DNA of 63,844 nucleotides, filler included, from Stramenopiles sp. TOSAG23-6 (taxonomy: Eukaryota): assembly GCA_900128565.1 (NCBI GenBank). It is 9 parts of 9 records of this genome, joined end to end, with 100 filler letters (N's around TTAATTAATTAA, not from the genome) between each part and the next. Parts side by side here need not be neighbours in the genome. Positions count along the whole stretch, not along the records: positions 23,602 to 31,350 come from LT636523.1; positions 31,451 to 39,188 come from LT636524.1; 7 more parts are not named here. One strand, given 5' to 3'. Below are positions 25,322 through 36,615 of this stretch, one piece after another. Each line of letters opens with the position of its first letter. The stretch's first letter is position 1. Under the pieces are notes generated by a model. That model made no database searches. It was not told the origin of the DNA and was given only the letters and a program-made list of their open reading frames with translations. Made by a program: the position numbers and the translations under genes.

Positions 25322-25598
25322 CGCGAAATTTCAAAATAAGATATGTATATTGTGTACCACAAGGTAAAAAACAACTTTGTATTTAGTATAGGTTTCACGG
25401 ATACGTCGTGTGGATTTTTCATTTAAATTGGAAATTCATTTTCATTTTTAGTACAGAAAAATGGTACAAAATTACCACCACCCATTGAAAAAATAGCCAG
25501 TGAATTTTCATGAGTTCCTTGTTGAACTGTCGCTCGTGTTTGTCTTGTCTTTTGTCCTCCACCATAAATATTCCATTTCACACACAAAACTAAAAACA

Positions 25599-26375
25599 AT
25601 GTCTCTTTCTTTTGCACCTCTTTCCACTTCTGAAGGTTTGAAGCAGCTCAACGAGTACTTCACCGGATGTACCTACGTATTTGGTGTTGGCCCATCTGAG
25701 GCTGACGCTGCACTTTTCAAACTTGTTGGAAAATGCCCAGAAGCAGCTACTTATCCTCACGCTGCTCGTTGGTTCAACCACATTGGATCATTCAAGGCTG
25801 CACAGCAAGCTAAGTTTGCAAAGACTGCTCTCAAGGTATCTGAAGCAAGTTCCAAAAAGGGAGGAGATGACAGTGATGATGACGACCTCTTCGGTTCCGA
25901 CTCTGACAGTTCCGATGACGAAGACCTTGCTGCTATCGCTGCAGCTTCCGCTGCTGCTAACGTTGTCCAAAAGGTCAACTGGGGACGCTCTCAAATCTGT
26001 TTCGAAATCAAACCGGCTGATGCTGAAACCGATCTTGAAGCAGTATGCGATAAAGTTCTTGCTATGAACTTTGATAACAATGACCGCGTCATGGCTAACC
26101 TCAAAAAAGCTCAAGGTTCAGAAAAATCTGCTGATGTATTAAACAAGGACACCATTCTTGCTTGGGGTGAAGGTTATGAAATTGTCCCTGTTGCGTTTGG
26201 TATCTGCAAACTTGTCGTTTCATGCATTGTTGTTGATGACTGCCTCGGAACTGACGATATTGAAGAGGAAATCATGACCGTTATTGGAGAAGATTTGGTT
26301 CAGTCCGTTGACGTTATGTCTTTCAACAAAGCTTCTGAGCTTAAATTACCAAAGGATCACTGTCTCCGTAAGTAA
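25599..26375 (+). CDS. EEF1B: Translation elongation factor 1-beta
   Basis: GLKQLNEY, PSEAD, YPHAARWFNHI, DDDDLFGSD, EIKP.D.ETDL, LAWG...VPVAFGICKL, VQSVDV.SFNK. Confidence 0.92.
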   Translation: MSLSFAPLSTSEGLKQLNEYFTGCTYVFGVGPSEADAALFKLVGKCPEAATYPHAARWFNHIGSFKAAQQAKFAKTALKVSEASSKKGGDDSDDDDLFGSDSDSSDDEDLAAIAAASAAANVVQKVNWGRSQICFEIKPADAETDLEAVCDKVLAMNFDNNDRVMANLKKAQGSEKSADVLNKDTILAWGEGYEIVPVAFGICKLVVSCIVVDDCLGTDDIEEEIMTVIGEDLVQSVDVMSFNKASELKLPKDHCLRK

Positions 26376-26601
26376 TATGTTTCTCTGAAAATGTATCTTA
26401 TTTATAGAATTATAGTATAAATAAAGATTTTAGCCAAATTTAATTTTTAGTCATTTTCTTGTTTTTCTTTTTAATATTAATTTTTCTTTTATTTTATACT
26501 TTATCAATAAAATATCCAAATGTTTCTATGTAAAACAACATACATATATATATTGTATTTTTTGGTATTTTAAGAAATATAAACAACTATGTTTTTGTTT
26601 T

Positions 26602-27195
26602 TCAGTATTTGTTTTTCATTTCATCGTCACGAAGAAAGGTGAACATAGTACTATTGTACATATCATCAAAACCATCTTGAGGTAGTTCTTCAAGTGCAAG
26701 AGCTGAAGCAGTCGGGTGGCTGTTAGGGTTAGGGTTATGATCGTCGACATTACCTTGTTTGTTCCAACCCTCATCTTTAGATTTGTCTTCATTTCCCCAA
26801 AAAATGTCTTCAAAGAATAACATTGGTGGAAGAATATCGCCTGTTGTTTTTTGTAATACTATTTTCTTTGGGTCTAATCTAGGCTGTTCTTGTTCTTGTT
26901 CTGGTTCTAGCGGTTCTGGTTCTAGTGGATCTGGTTCTAGCAGTTCTGGATCTGGTACAGATTCTAGCGGTTCCGGTTCTGGTTGTGGTTTATCTTTTGG
27001 TGCAAGTTGTAGTAGTTCGGGTTCTAGTAGTTGTGGTTCTGGTTGCGGCATCAAGTGGAGGGGGAAAAACTCCGTTGCTACAGGAGAAAGACCACCAGAT
27101 GTTGGTGAAGATTCAGTTGCATGGACTCCAGTATCTGTAAAAGACGCACTAAATAGAAGTAATGTAAAACAGAATCTCATTGTATCTAAATACAT
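26602..27195 (-). CDS. Secreted Pro/Glu-rich protein
   Basis: Signal peptide followed by PEPE/LEPD repeats. Confidence 0.6.
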   Translation of the reverse strand: MYLDTMRFCFTLLLFSASFTDTGVHATESSPTSGGLSPVATEFFPLHLMPQPEPQLLEPELLQLAPKDKPQPEPEPLESVPDPELLEPDPLEPEPLEPEQEQEQPRLDPKKIVLQKTTGDILPPMLFFEDIFWGNEDKSKDEGWNKQGNVDDHNPNPNSHPTASALALEELPQDGFDDMYNSTMFTFLRDDEMKNKY

Positions 27196-27513
27196 ATATT
27201 GTGTATTTTGTTTTTACTAATAATGGGTGATAATATTCTAATGGTACCAGTAATAAGTTCGAACGAAGGCACGTGCGCTGCTGAACTAATTTTGACACGA
27301 AAAATGAAAAAAAACTTTAAAAAAGTTCTTTTCAGATGAATTTCAGGAATTCCAGGATTTCGGAAGTTTCGTGTGGAAGAGCGAGTAATTCTCAAGATTG
27401 CTTCTTGGAATCTTACCGGTTAATGAAAATTTAATCAATCACTTGAATTGATCTAAACTTTTTGAATAATTGTCGAACACAACTAGCTGTTGGAGAATCA
27501 AATTATACCCAAT

Positions 27514-27945
27514 ATGCAACCTCAGCAAGTACAAGTGCAGAATATGCAAGGTCATCCATCTCAACAACCAGTCACGGCTATATTACAATCCCCCGTTCAA
27601 AATAAGGAACAATTTCCAACTGTCCAAGCTACGCTTGTTTCCAATAGTCAAATGATACCACCACAACAAATGATGCCCATGCAAAATATGTTTCTTGGAG
27701 GAGATTATATGGGAAGGTTTCCTAGGTCAGGTGTATGCCCTCATTGTAGGTCTCAAGTTACCACTGGTACTAGACTTGCCGTTTCCGGAGGGACCTGGGG
27801 CGCAGCAGCTGGGATCTTCATCTTCAGTGGTGGCCTATGCTGTCCATGCATGTTTTTCCCTCTGTGTATGGATGATTGTAAGGAAGTTGTTCATGAATGT
27901 CCCGCTTGTGGCAAAGTAGTTGGTACTCAAAAATTTTTATTCTAA
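27514..27945 (+). CDS. LITAF-domain protein
   Basis: Gln/Pro-rich N-terminus; CPHC...hydrophobic/CC..P...CKEVVHECPAC. Confidence 0.88.
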   Translation: MQPQQVQVQNMQGHPSQQPVTAILQSPVQNKEQFPTVQATLVSNSQMIPPQQMMPMQNMFLGGDYMGRFPRSGVCPHCRSQVTTGTRLAVSGGTWGAAAGIFIFSGGLCCPCMFFPLCMDDCKEVVHECPACGKVVGTQKFLF

Positions 27946-28336
27946 TTTTGAATTTCTTTTGACTTTAATGATAAATAATATATAAAATATTGTAAAAAAA
28001 AAATGTAATTTTTACAGAATCTACTGTATATCTAGAGCTATAGTGTCTTACAATAAATCATAAACCGTTCGATATGATTTAAGTCATATTAATATTATGA
28101 TGAGATAACTTTAATCAAAACTCCCCCTGGTGGAGAAAATGGAAAAAACTTTCAATGAACGAAAAGTTTGTTTTGGACAAATTCGAAATTCAAACTTGAG
28201 AGAAATCATCTCAAATTTTTTGGCCAAATTTTGCTATTTATACCCTGGAGTTCCTTTGTTCTTGGAAGCTTCTTCTTTCACCTTGTCTTCTTCTTACGTA
28301 TGTTATAAACTATTTACCCCCAAATACGTCGATGAA

Positions 28337-29296
28337 ATGAACTGCAATTTTCAACTTGTACACTTTAATGATGTGTATAACATTGGCGGTGCAGCAAGAT
28401 TTGTAACGAAAATAAAATCAATTCAGAAAGATGCAAAAGAGAAAGGGAGAATCCCTTTGGTCTTTTTTTCTGGCGACGCCTTGAGTCCAAGCACGCTATC
28501 GACCGTTACTAATGGTGACCATATGATTCCTATTTTCAACGCAATTGATGTAGATGTTGCCTGCATGGGCAATCATGAGTTTGATTTTGGAGCGGATCAT
28601 CTGGAAAAGTTTGTTAATAAGTGTACATTTCCTTGGCTAATTTCGAACGCCATCTTCAAACCAACAATGCAACCTCTGGCAAATGGTAAGGTTTATGTTG
28701 TGCTAGAGCGAGAGGGCTATAAAATTGGAGTGATGGGCTTGGTCGAGAGAGCTTGGTTGACAAAATTGGCAACAGTTGATGAGGCAGATATTATTTTTGA
28801 AGATTTTGTCGACTGTGGGAGAAGACTTGCCGAAAAACTACGCGCGGAAGGTTGTGATTTGGTGGTTGCATTAACCCATATGAGAATGCCGAATGACGAG
28901 CGACTAGCACGTGAAACGGGTGATCTCATAGATATTATTCTGGGTGGACACGACCATCATTATGTCGTTAAAAATGTGCAAGTTAGTAGCAATCCTGAAA
29001 AAACAGTCACAGTAGTGAAATCTGGAACTGACTTTCGCGATTTTTCTACAATTAATATTTCACTCTCCGACACTGGACAGCCCGCACTTGGTGAAATAAT
29101 ACGCCAATCTATCACAATCGATGTTATAGAAGACCCTGATACCAAAGTGATAGTTGATAGATACAGCAAAATGCTTGATTCCAGCCTTGAAAAGTTGTTG
29201 AACCTTGCCACAATCCGCATCAAGAAATTGAAGACGGCTGCAAAAGAAAGGGCAAAAGAAGCTGCCCATAAAAAAATCAAAAATCAAAAAAAATAA
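28337..29296 (+). CDS. 5'-nucleotidase-family metallophosphoesterase (N-terminal domain only)
   Basis: HFNDVY, FSGD, GNHEFDFG, FPWLISN, ALTHMR, ILGGHDH, KSGTDF. Confidence 0.88.
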   Translation: MNCNFQLVHFNDVYNIGGAARFVTKIKSIQKDAKEKGRIPLVFFSGDALSPSTLSTVTNGDHMIPIFNAIDVDVACMGNHEFDFGADHLEKFVNKCTFPWLISNAIFKPTMQPLANGKVYVVLEREGYKIGVMGLVERAWLTKLATVDEADIIFEDFVDCGRRLAEKLRAEGCDLVVALTHMRMPNDERLARETGDLIDIILGGHDHHYVVKNVQVSSNPEKTVTVVKSGTDFRDFSTINISLSDTGQPALGEIIRQSITIDVIEDPDTKVIVDRYSKMLDSSLEKLLNLATIRIKKLKTAAKERAKEAAHKKIKNQKK

Positions 29297-29656
29297 ACAC
29301 CGAATAATCGGATTACCGATAATGTGGGGTAACAGTTCCAACATGCCCTTAAAAGGAATATATTGAAGTAGCAATACTTTTTGCATGATCAATAAATACA
29401 TTGTCATTTTCAGTGTCACTCAGATGCTACCCGTTACCCGGTAATTTGACTGCTGTGATGTATCCCGGCACCCCTGGTCAGATCTCGATTCTCTTCTCGA
29501 AGCGAGTTTATGACAGCTACTCAACAAGCAAGTTGCAACTACAAATTCTCAAATCCAATTTTGTGAAAGACAACTTTTGTGAAGTAGATACTATAATTAT
29601 ATACCAATATTAAATTGTTTCATCATTATTATTAAAATACTTCATAGTGTATACAA

Positions 29657-30316
29657 ATGATGATTCATAGTTTTCTATTAGTGTTGCTGTTCTCATCAAT
29701 GTTTGTGACATCGACCGAAGTCCCAAAGTTGCAACAATTTCGTCGTTCCGAACAAGTTTCTTTTGACTGTGGCTCTTGTGGTGGAAGTACCGGCTGTTGT
29801 GGTAAACATGGTACATGCTTTCAACGTGCATGTCAATGTCACAGTGGTATAAGTGGTCTTGCATGTGATGTTTTTTTGCCATATGCAAAACTCGGGGAAG
29901 CATGTAAAAAAAGGATGAGTTTTGAAGTAGGCAAAATCTGTAGTCCTAAAACTCAAAAGTGTGTGTCTGGTATATGCCAGTGTCGCAATGGAAAAGATCC
30001 ACCATGCTCTATACCTGATCAAGCGTATGGTAAAACAGCTACAAATAGATACATTTTTTCAAAGATGCATTTAAAGCAATCACAAAAAAAGTCAATGTCT
30101 TTTGTAGAAAACATTTTCAAAATTTTGGCTTTGTTTTTTGCAACATTTTGTTTATTTTGTTTTTGTAAATACTGTAGAAAATTTTGTACATACAAACCTA
30201 AAAAACAAGGATATCTGAAATTAAATAATGATAATCAAAATCTCTCCTCTAGAAAAGATGAAGAAGATCAAATAGATCAATCACTTTTTTGTATTGAAGT
30301 GACAGAACAAAATTAA
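29657..30316 (+). CDS. Type I membrane protein with EGF-like Cys-rich ectodomain
   Basis: Signal peptide, CGKHGTC...CQCHSG.SG..C, transmembrane helix ILALFFATFCLFCFC. Confidence 0.7.
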   Translation: MMIHSFLLVLLFSSMFVTSTEVPKLQQFRRSEQVSFDCGSCGGSTGCCGKHGTCFQRACQCHSGISGLACDVFLPYAKLGEACKKRMSFEVGKICSPKTQKCVSGICQCRNGKDPPCSIPDQAYGKTATNRYIFSKMHLKQSQKKSMSFVENIFKILALFFATFCLFCFCKYCRKFCTYKPKKQGYLKLNNDNQNLSSRKDEEDQIDQSLFCIEVTEQN

Positions 30317-30466
30317 CCCTAACCCTAACTTGTTGACATGAATCTAGTTATTTATTTATGTTTGTGTGTTTTGAAAAATAGAGTCACATTTTAGTTGAAT
30401 GAAAAACAACACAAGGTAAGCTAAATATATCAATCCTTGTTTTATTGCTAGGAATAAAAATAATCT

Positions 30467-31070
30467 TTATGAAAAATGTCTAGTCAGTTTTTCTTTTGAA
30501 GGAATACTACCTAAATTAGCAGATTTAGTCCACCAATTTTTTGCTTCATTTTTGTCTTTAGCAACACCACGACCTTGAAAATAGCAAAGACCAAGCCAAT
30601 TTTGTGCCACACTATTACCTAAATTAGCTGATTTAGTAAACCACTTGAAAGCTTCTTTTTTGTTGTCTTTAGCAATACCATGACCATAATAATAGCAATA
30701 ACCAAGCATATTTTGTCCCACACTATTACCTGAATTAGCTGGTTTAGTAAACCACTTGAAAGCTTCTTTTTTGTCTCTATCAACACCATTACCTTTTAAA
30801 TAACATCTACCAATATAATTTTGTGAATAACTATAATCACTATTATCCATAAACATCTTGAATGCTTTTTTCTTATCCTTTTTATAACCATTCCAACCAA
30901 GAAATGTACAATATGCAATAGCCATTGGAAAACCAGCAATAGCTGCGGATCCAATCATTAGTTTTCCATTCTCTTTATCGAGAGTCTGAAAATCTAAGCC
31001 ACAATATTTTGCATAACCAAGTTCAAATAAATTCTGTGCACCTTTATTTTCTATCTATTTTCGTTTTTTT

Positions 31071-31103
<33 letters not shown>

Positions 31104-31350
31104 TTAGATACTGCAGGTGGTACATTCTCATCAACTATATCATCAATTGGATCCAATCCAGAAGATATTTTAGCTTCCTCTTCTTTAAATGATTTTGTCA
31201 ACTTTTTAAAACCTTTCAAACGATCAATCTTCTTTTTCTGTGCTTCAACAGCTTCATCATATATATTCTTAGTATCAGAAATTGCACAATTTATTGTATC
31301 CAAATTCGTTTTTGCATCTTCAAGTTGTTTCTTTGCAACTTCAAATGCTT
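30467..31350 (-). CDS. Sel1-repeat protein (5'-partial; in-frame TAG at 31055-31057)
   Basis: Repeats G.CY..G.GV..DKKEAFKWFTKSAN.GNS.AQN; the upstream ORF is in the same frame across a single TAG. Confidence 0.75.
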
Positions 31351-31572
31351 NNNNNNNNNNNNNNNNNNNNNNNNNNNNNNNNNNNNNNNNNNNNTTAATT
31401 AATTAANNNNNNNNNNNNNNNNNNNNNNNNNNNNNNNNNNNNNNNNNNNNTTTCNTCNTGATTTTNAGATTTTTTTTTTATAGAAAATTTTGTACCTAAA
31501 CAAAAAAGTTTTTTTTTTACGATGAAAATTTTGTACCTGACAATTTTTTTTGAAATATTTTTCACAGTACAT

Positions 31573-33701
31573 GAACGTTATACTACTTTTGATATTTGTT
31601 GTTGCTTCAATTCATTTCCTCAATAATATTTTATTGTATGTTTTCACCAATATTCTAATTGGGGTCGCTGATAAGCGCTTACTTTCTCTAGTGTTCCTCA
31701 TAGCAACAGCAGTATTATCAGCATTTCTTGATGCGCTGACAGTTGTTGCTGTCGTGTCAAGTGTTTGTACTGGCTTCCTTGGTGTGTATTATCACGTTGT
31801 AAACAAAATCAGTCTTCCTCAATTACAGTGTAAAACTCATCTTACAAATAAAAGTTCGGAAGTATCTAATAGTATTTTTTCCCATCAAGTTCCAAATAGT
31901 GAAGACGTGAAGTTATTAATTTCTGAAAATAGTGATATACCAACACCATGTTGCTCTCCACATTACTGTACGTACGTTTTTTATTTACATTCCAAATGTA
32001 TTTTTTTTTTCATACAAAATTCCGTACCTAAAAAATTTCAAATGTTTGAAATATTTTTTCTTCAACATAAAATCTCCAAAAGTAAATCAGAATAAAATAT
32101 CAATTTCACCTAGCCGTTCTCTTAAAAGCAAGAATAAACAAACTCCAGGGCAGTCATCAAATGCAAATAATGAATGTTTGTTTGATGAAATAGAGCTTGG
32201 GCAATTGAACACTACAAAAGGTAAAACAAATAAAGACCAGAAAATAAATGAAAAAACCTTAAAAAATACAGTTCAAATGGAATCAAGTGGTATGAAACGG
32301 ATACCTTCCCTAAAACAAATTCTTAATGATGAAATTTGCCCTCCTGAAATACCTCGGGAAAATAAGTGTTTGAATAAAATACGCCGTCAGGAAATTCAAA
32401 ATAATATCGAAGATTTCAAATCATTTTTACGATCTCTCATGTACGTTTTCATTTCAATTTCGAATTGTTTTTTCATACGGAATTTTGTACCTAACGATTT
32501 TTTTTTGAAATATTTTTTCATAATCCATGTACGTTTTCAAACTCTAACCCTATTCAAAAGAAAATTAGCAAATTGTGCACCTAACAAAAAATTTGAATGT
32601 AAAATATTTGTATGATCTTTCATTATGCACAGTGCAGTAGGTACCGTTTGTGGGGGTATTACCACTACCGTTGCTGAGCCACAAAATTTAATCATTTCAG
32701 ATCGTTTAAATTGGGGTATGATTGACTTCTTTCTGAAGTTACTTCCTGTATTTTTTATTGTTTTTCCTACAACTTGTCTAATGTGCGTATTCTTGGAACA
32801 TAAAAAATGTCTTGGTTACGGAGTTAAAATGCCACCAAAAGTTCGTATTGTTCTTCAAGAGTTTGCAGATCAAGAGCTCAATAAGCTAGATGATGTGTTA
32901 AAAGCGGAGTTATTCATACAATGTATTGGTGTTGTTATTCTTTGTGTTGGACTTGTTTTGCATGTACGTTTTCCAAAATTATTATTTTTTTTCGTATGAA
33001 ATTTTGTACCTAACCAAAAAAAATGTTCTTATGAAAAAGAATATTTTTCCACAAAACATATTGCTGAAGTTGGTTTCATCGGATTACTTGTACTTGTATT
33101 TGTAACGTCATTAAATGGAATTACTGATGAACGCGATATAGCGCATGCTTTTATGGATTCAATGCCATTCGTTTCACTCATTGTTATTTTTTTCGGTGTG
33201 GTTGCGATAATTCATGTCCGTTTTATTTTTNAAATTTCAAATTTATTTGTTTTATACGAAATTTTGTACCNAANAAAAAANGTACAAAAAAANTATTTTT
33301 TNACACTATACGATCAAGAATTATTTAATCCAATTATTTCGTGTGTTCTTTCCATGAATGATAAATATCAACCTGCCGTTTTGTATACCATAAATGGAGT
33401 TCTTTCGACAGTTTCAGATAACGTTTTTGTAGCAACAGTATTTATTGATGAAATAGTTAAAACGTATAAAGATGGTACTATTAATGATGAACAATTTGAA
33501 CGTCTTGGAATTGCACTGACTGCAGGAACAAACTTACCTTCAATGGCAACTCCAAATGGTCAAGCTGCATTTTTGTTTGTCTTAACTTCAAGTATTGCTC
33601 CACTAGTCAATTTAACATATCGTAAGATGTGTATCATGGCTTTACCTTACACTGTGGTTGTCACATTTGCAGGATTATTTAGTGTTCTGTTTTTGATTTA
33701 G
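31573..33701 (+). CDS. nhaB: NhaB-type Na+/H+ antiporter (5'-partial, multi-exon)
   Basis: LSAFLDALTVVAVV, FLRSLI|MHSAVGT..GG..T.VAEPQNLII, LH|IAEVGFIGL, SDNVFVATVFI, GTNLPSMATPNGQAAFLF.LTS..APL..L.Y..M..MALPYT match proteobacterial NhaB motifs. Confidence 0.88.
32441..32623 (+). mobile_element. Two head-to-tail intron elements (32441-32528 and 32529-32623) with no exon between them
   Basis: CTC AT|gtacg...aatccat|gtacg...ctttcat|T ATG CAC; each unit has its own cctaac motif. Confidence 0.8.
32964..33059 (+). mobile_element. Introner-like GT-AT intron in nhaB
   Basis: TTG CAT|gtacg...cacaaaacat|ATT GCT GAA GTT GGT restores LHIAEVG. Confidence 0.85.
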
Positions 33702-33924
33702 TATGGTATATGTTGTACACTTTTGGATGTCCTTTTGGATAATGAAATAAAATTCTTCAATTTGAAAATTTAAGTATTTCGTGGTGATCATTTGATTTAG
33801 ATTTCGATTTATTTTGAGCGTTATACGAGCGTTACATTTCAAAAAAAAAGATACTGGTACTTTTCAAGTATTCCCCCATATAGGTACTACTATAAGAAAA
33901 CTTCTCCCCAATACAACATACACT

Positions 33925-34990
33925 ATGGGTGCAGGTGCTTCGACTGTTTTAAAAGCCGAGCTTGAAAAGCCTGCTGATGCGTCTGATGTAACGACTTTTG
34001 AGCAAGGAAAAGCAGAAGTATGTCGTATTCGACAGTTGCTTAGAAACCAGCATGCAATGACTGAAGCATCCACCTTTGCTAATCGAATATCGGTAGCTGT
34101 GGATGGTTCAGAGTTGTCACACAAAGCTTTCGACGTCGCTATGGCTATTCGACCAGGGTCTGACTTACATGTCACTGTTCTTACGGTGGAGGACAAATCA
34201 AAAGACTATCTACCAGGAGAAATGCATGCTTCCTCTTTGGTTGAAAAATATCAGGCGGAGTTAGCTTCGTCAATGGGACAGGATACGAAATTTGAAGTTT
34301 TAATTGAACAGAAAGAAGGTACCACACGGGATACAATTTGTAAATTCGTAAATTCCAAAGAAATGCAACCACTTACATTTCTCGCCGTTGGAATGGTTGG
34401 TCGAAAAGGAAGATCACGAAAAGAAGGGGAAAAAATTATGGGTTCTACGACAGACCTGTCAATGAGACAAGGAAATTGTGCAACGTTGATAGTAAAAGAG
34501 AGTTCTCGTCTTGTNCCCGCCAATGAACCTGCTAATTGGATTGTGTGTGTTGACGGAAGTGCAAGATCTAAGAAAGCAGCCGAATTAGCTTCTTTTTTGA
34601 AGAAAGAATCAGATAATCTTACTGTTTTACACGTGTACGTTTTCATCATGAATTTCATTTTTTTTTATTTGTATACGAAATTTTGTACCTAACAAANTTT
34701 TTNCTAAAAANTTTTTTTTTTTTNCACANTACAGAAACTCGGATGGAAAACGAACAAAGGAATTAGCTGCTCAATATCCAACATTTGTAGCTATCGAAAA
34801 AGTCGGGGGAACGACTATTGCAACACATATTCTTGATTACTTGGATAAAGAAGACGTTACTTGTGATTATCTTGTTATGGGTGCAGATGGTGAGGAAGCA
34901 TTTAAAATGGGCAAAAGATGCCTTGGCTCAGTTAGTGATAAGTTAGTCAGAAAAGCGGAAGCAACATGCTTAGTTCAATCCAACCTATGA
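33925..34990 (+). CDS. Tandem universal stress protein (USP) domains with N-terminal MGAGAS myristoylation-like motif; one intron
   Basis: ISVAVDGSELSHKAF, VGMVGRKG...MGSTTD; second domain IVCVDGSARS...DYLVMGADG...LGSVSD. Confidence 0.85.
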
Positions 34991-35162
34991 AAATATTGGC
35001 AACATGAAGTATGTTGTAGATATATGAAATCCAAAATGTAAAATATCATACAAATAATTATTAACAAAATGATACAAAATGATAAAAGAAAATTATTATG
35101 TGATTTTGAGATTTTTTAATTTTTTGTTTCAATTTAGTTTTTTTTCATACGAAATTTTGTAC

Positions 35163-36051
35163 CTAACGATTTTTTTTTGAAATATGTTCAGAATTTCTCA
35201 TCATTCGTCTTTCAATTAACGGATCTATTGAATAAGCAATTAATACTGCCGTAATGACATCCACAGAATAATGACCACGCAAAGCGATGAGTCGAATGGC
35301 TTGAAGAAGATTTAAAACGATCGTAACTAAAGCAAATTTTGTTTCACCTCCGTGAAGGAATTCCATTGTTAAAAGAGTCATGCCTAAAACATGTCCACTA
35401 GGATTAAAAATAAATCCTCGACATGTATCATTTGTAGGTGGCTAAAATGATAGATGTATATAAAGAGAAATTATTGGGTAAGTCAAAAAAATATATATCT
35501 ACAAAAAATTAAAAAAACAAAAAGTAAAAATGTAATATATAAAGGAGACGTACCCAATCGCCTTCAACAGGTACAAAACCTGGAGGTAAAGGAAGTCTTG
35601 TTGTCATGCCAATAAACATACGACAACAAATACAAGCTGTTCCTTTGACAAGTAAATTCCATCTATTTTGTTGAAAGCAACGAAACATAATGTATAACAT
35701 TCCACCAACAACTAAAAAAGAGTTACACAATGCGAGTAACTCATTTAAGAAAGGATACTGCTGAGATAACTCCAATATAAAATATAGATACTCATGACCT
35801 AAATCAAAGACGGTATCAATGAAGACAACTCTACACTCTATACCAATCCCAATGACTATACTACTCGCAAAAAAAACAAGTAACATTGGAATGGGAAGGT
35901 TCGGGCGTAAAAGTATCCATAAAACAAAGAGCTGTAAACACAATAGAGTAACCAACAAAGAATCACCCTCTATTCCGGTTGTATCAGACAATAGTTGAGT
36001 AAAAGTGGCCGGCAATTCTACCAAAAAATCAAGAAATTGTACAAAAACCAT
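35163..36051 (-). CDS. Phosphatidylcholine:diacylglycerol cholinephosphotransferase-like (PDCT/ROD1, SMS/PAP2_C superfamily); canonical GT-AG intron 35442-35553
   Basis: TTRLPLP.GF....GDW|PP, SGHV, LQAIRLIALRGHYSVD. Confidence 0.7.
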
Positions 36052-36615
36052 CTTCGTTTTGTTACAGTATTAGTAAAATGTCCACAGTTTATCCTTGTAA
36101 TCCAAATAGATGTATTAAATATTTCAATATAATACTATACTTGTATATAATCGCGCAAGAAGCTTAGTTTAGCAAGCGCAAAAATAATTCGTTTTTTTTT
36201 GACCATCAACCACGAACGAATTAATTTTTTTCACGTAAAAAATTCCGATAAACGTGCTTGCGGCTTGCTTGAATCTAAATTACTCTAGTAATTAAATTTT
36301 AATTTTAGAATACTATAGAAAAATCAATTTTGTGAGATTTGAGATTCGATGATTGAATAATTTCGAAATTTGATTAGAAAAAAAAATTGAAAAGAGTGTC
36401 ACCCGACTGTTCATGAGAAAATAATAATACTAATATATATGATTATCAGATTATTGTGAAACATCATATTTTATATGTATACAAATTAAATATTCTGTTT
36501 ACGTTCTCTTGATTTTTTTCACAGAATGTACAGCATTACGTAAATATTACGCTTTGAGTGGATTCTTCCTCAGAAATTGATGTCAATTGTCCTTTTCTTG
36601 GCGTCAAGAGAAAAG

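Noticed and set aside
26759-27220. Ser/Gly/Cys-rich plus-strand ORF and other short antisense ORFs
   Set aside because: Shadow frames of genuine genes on the opposite strand
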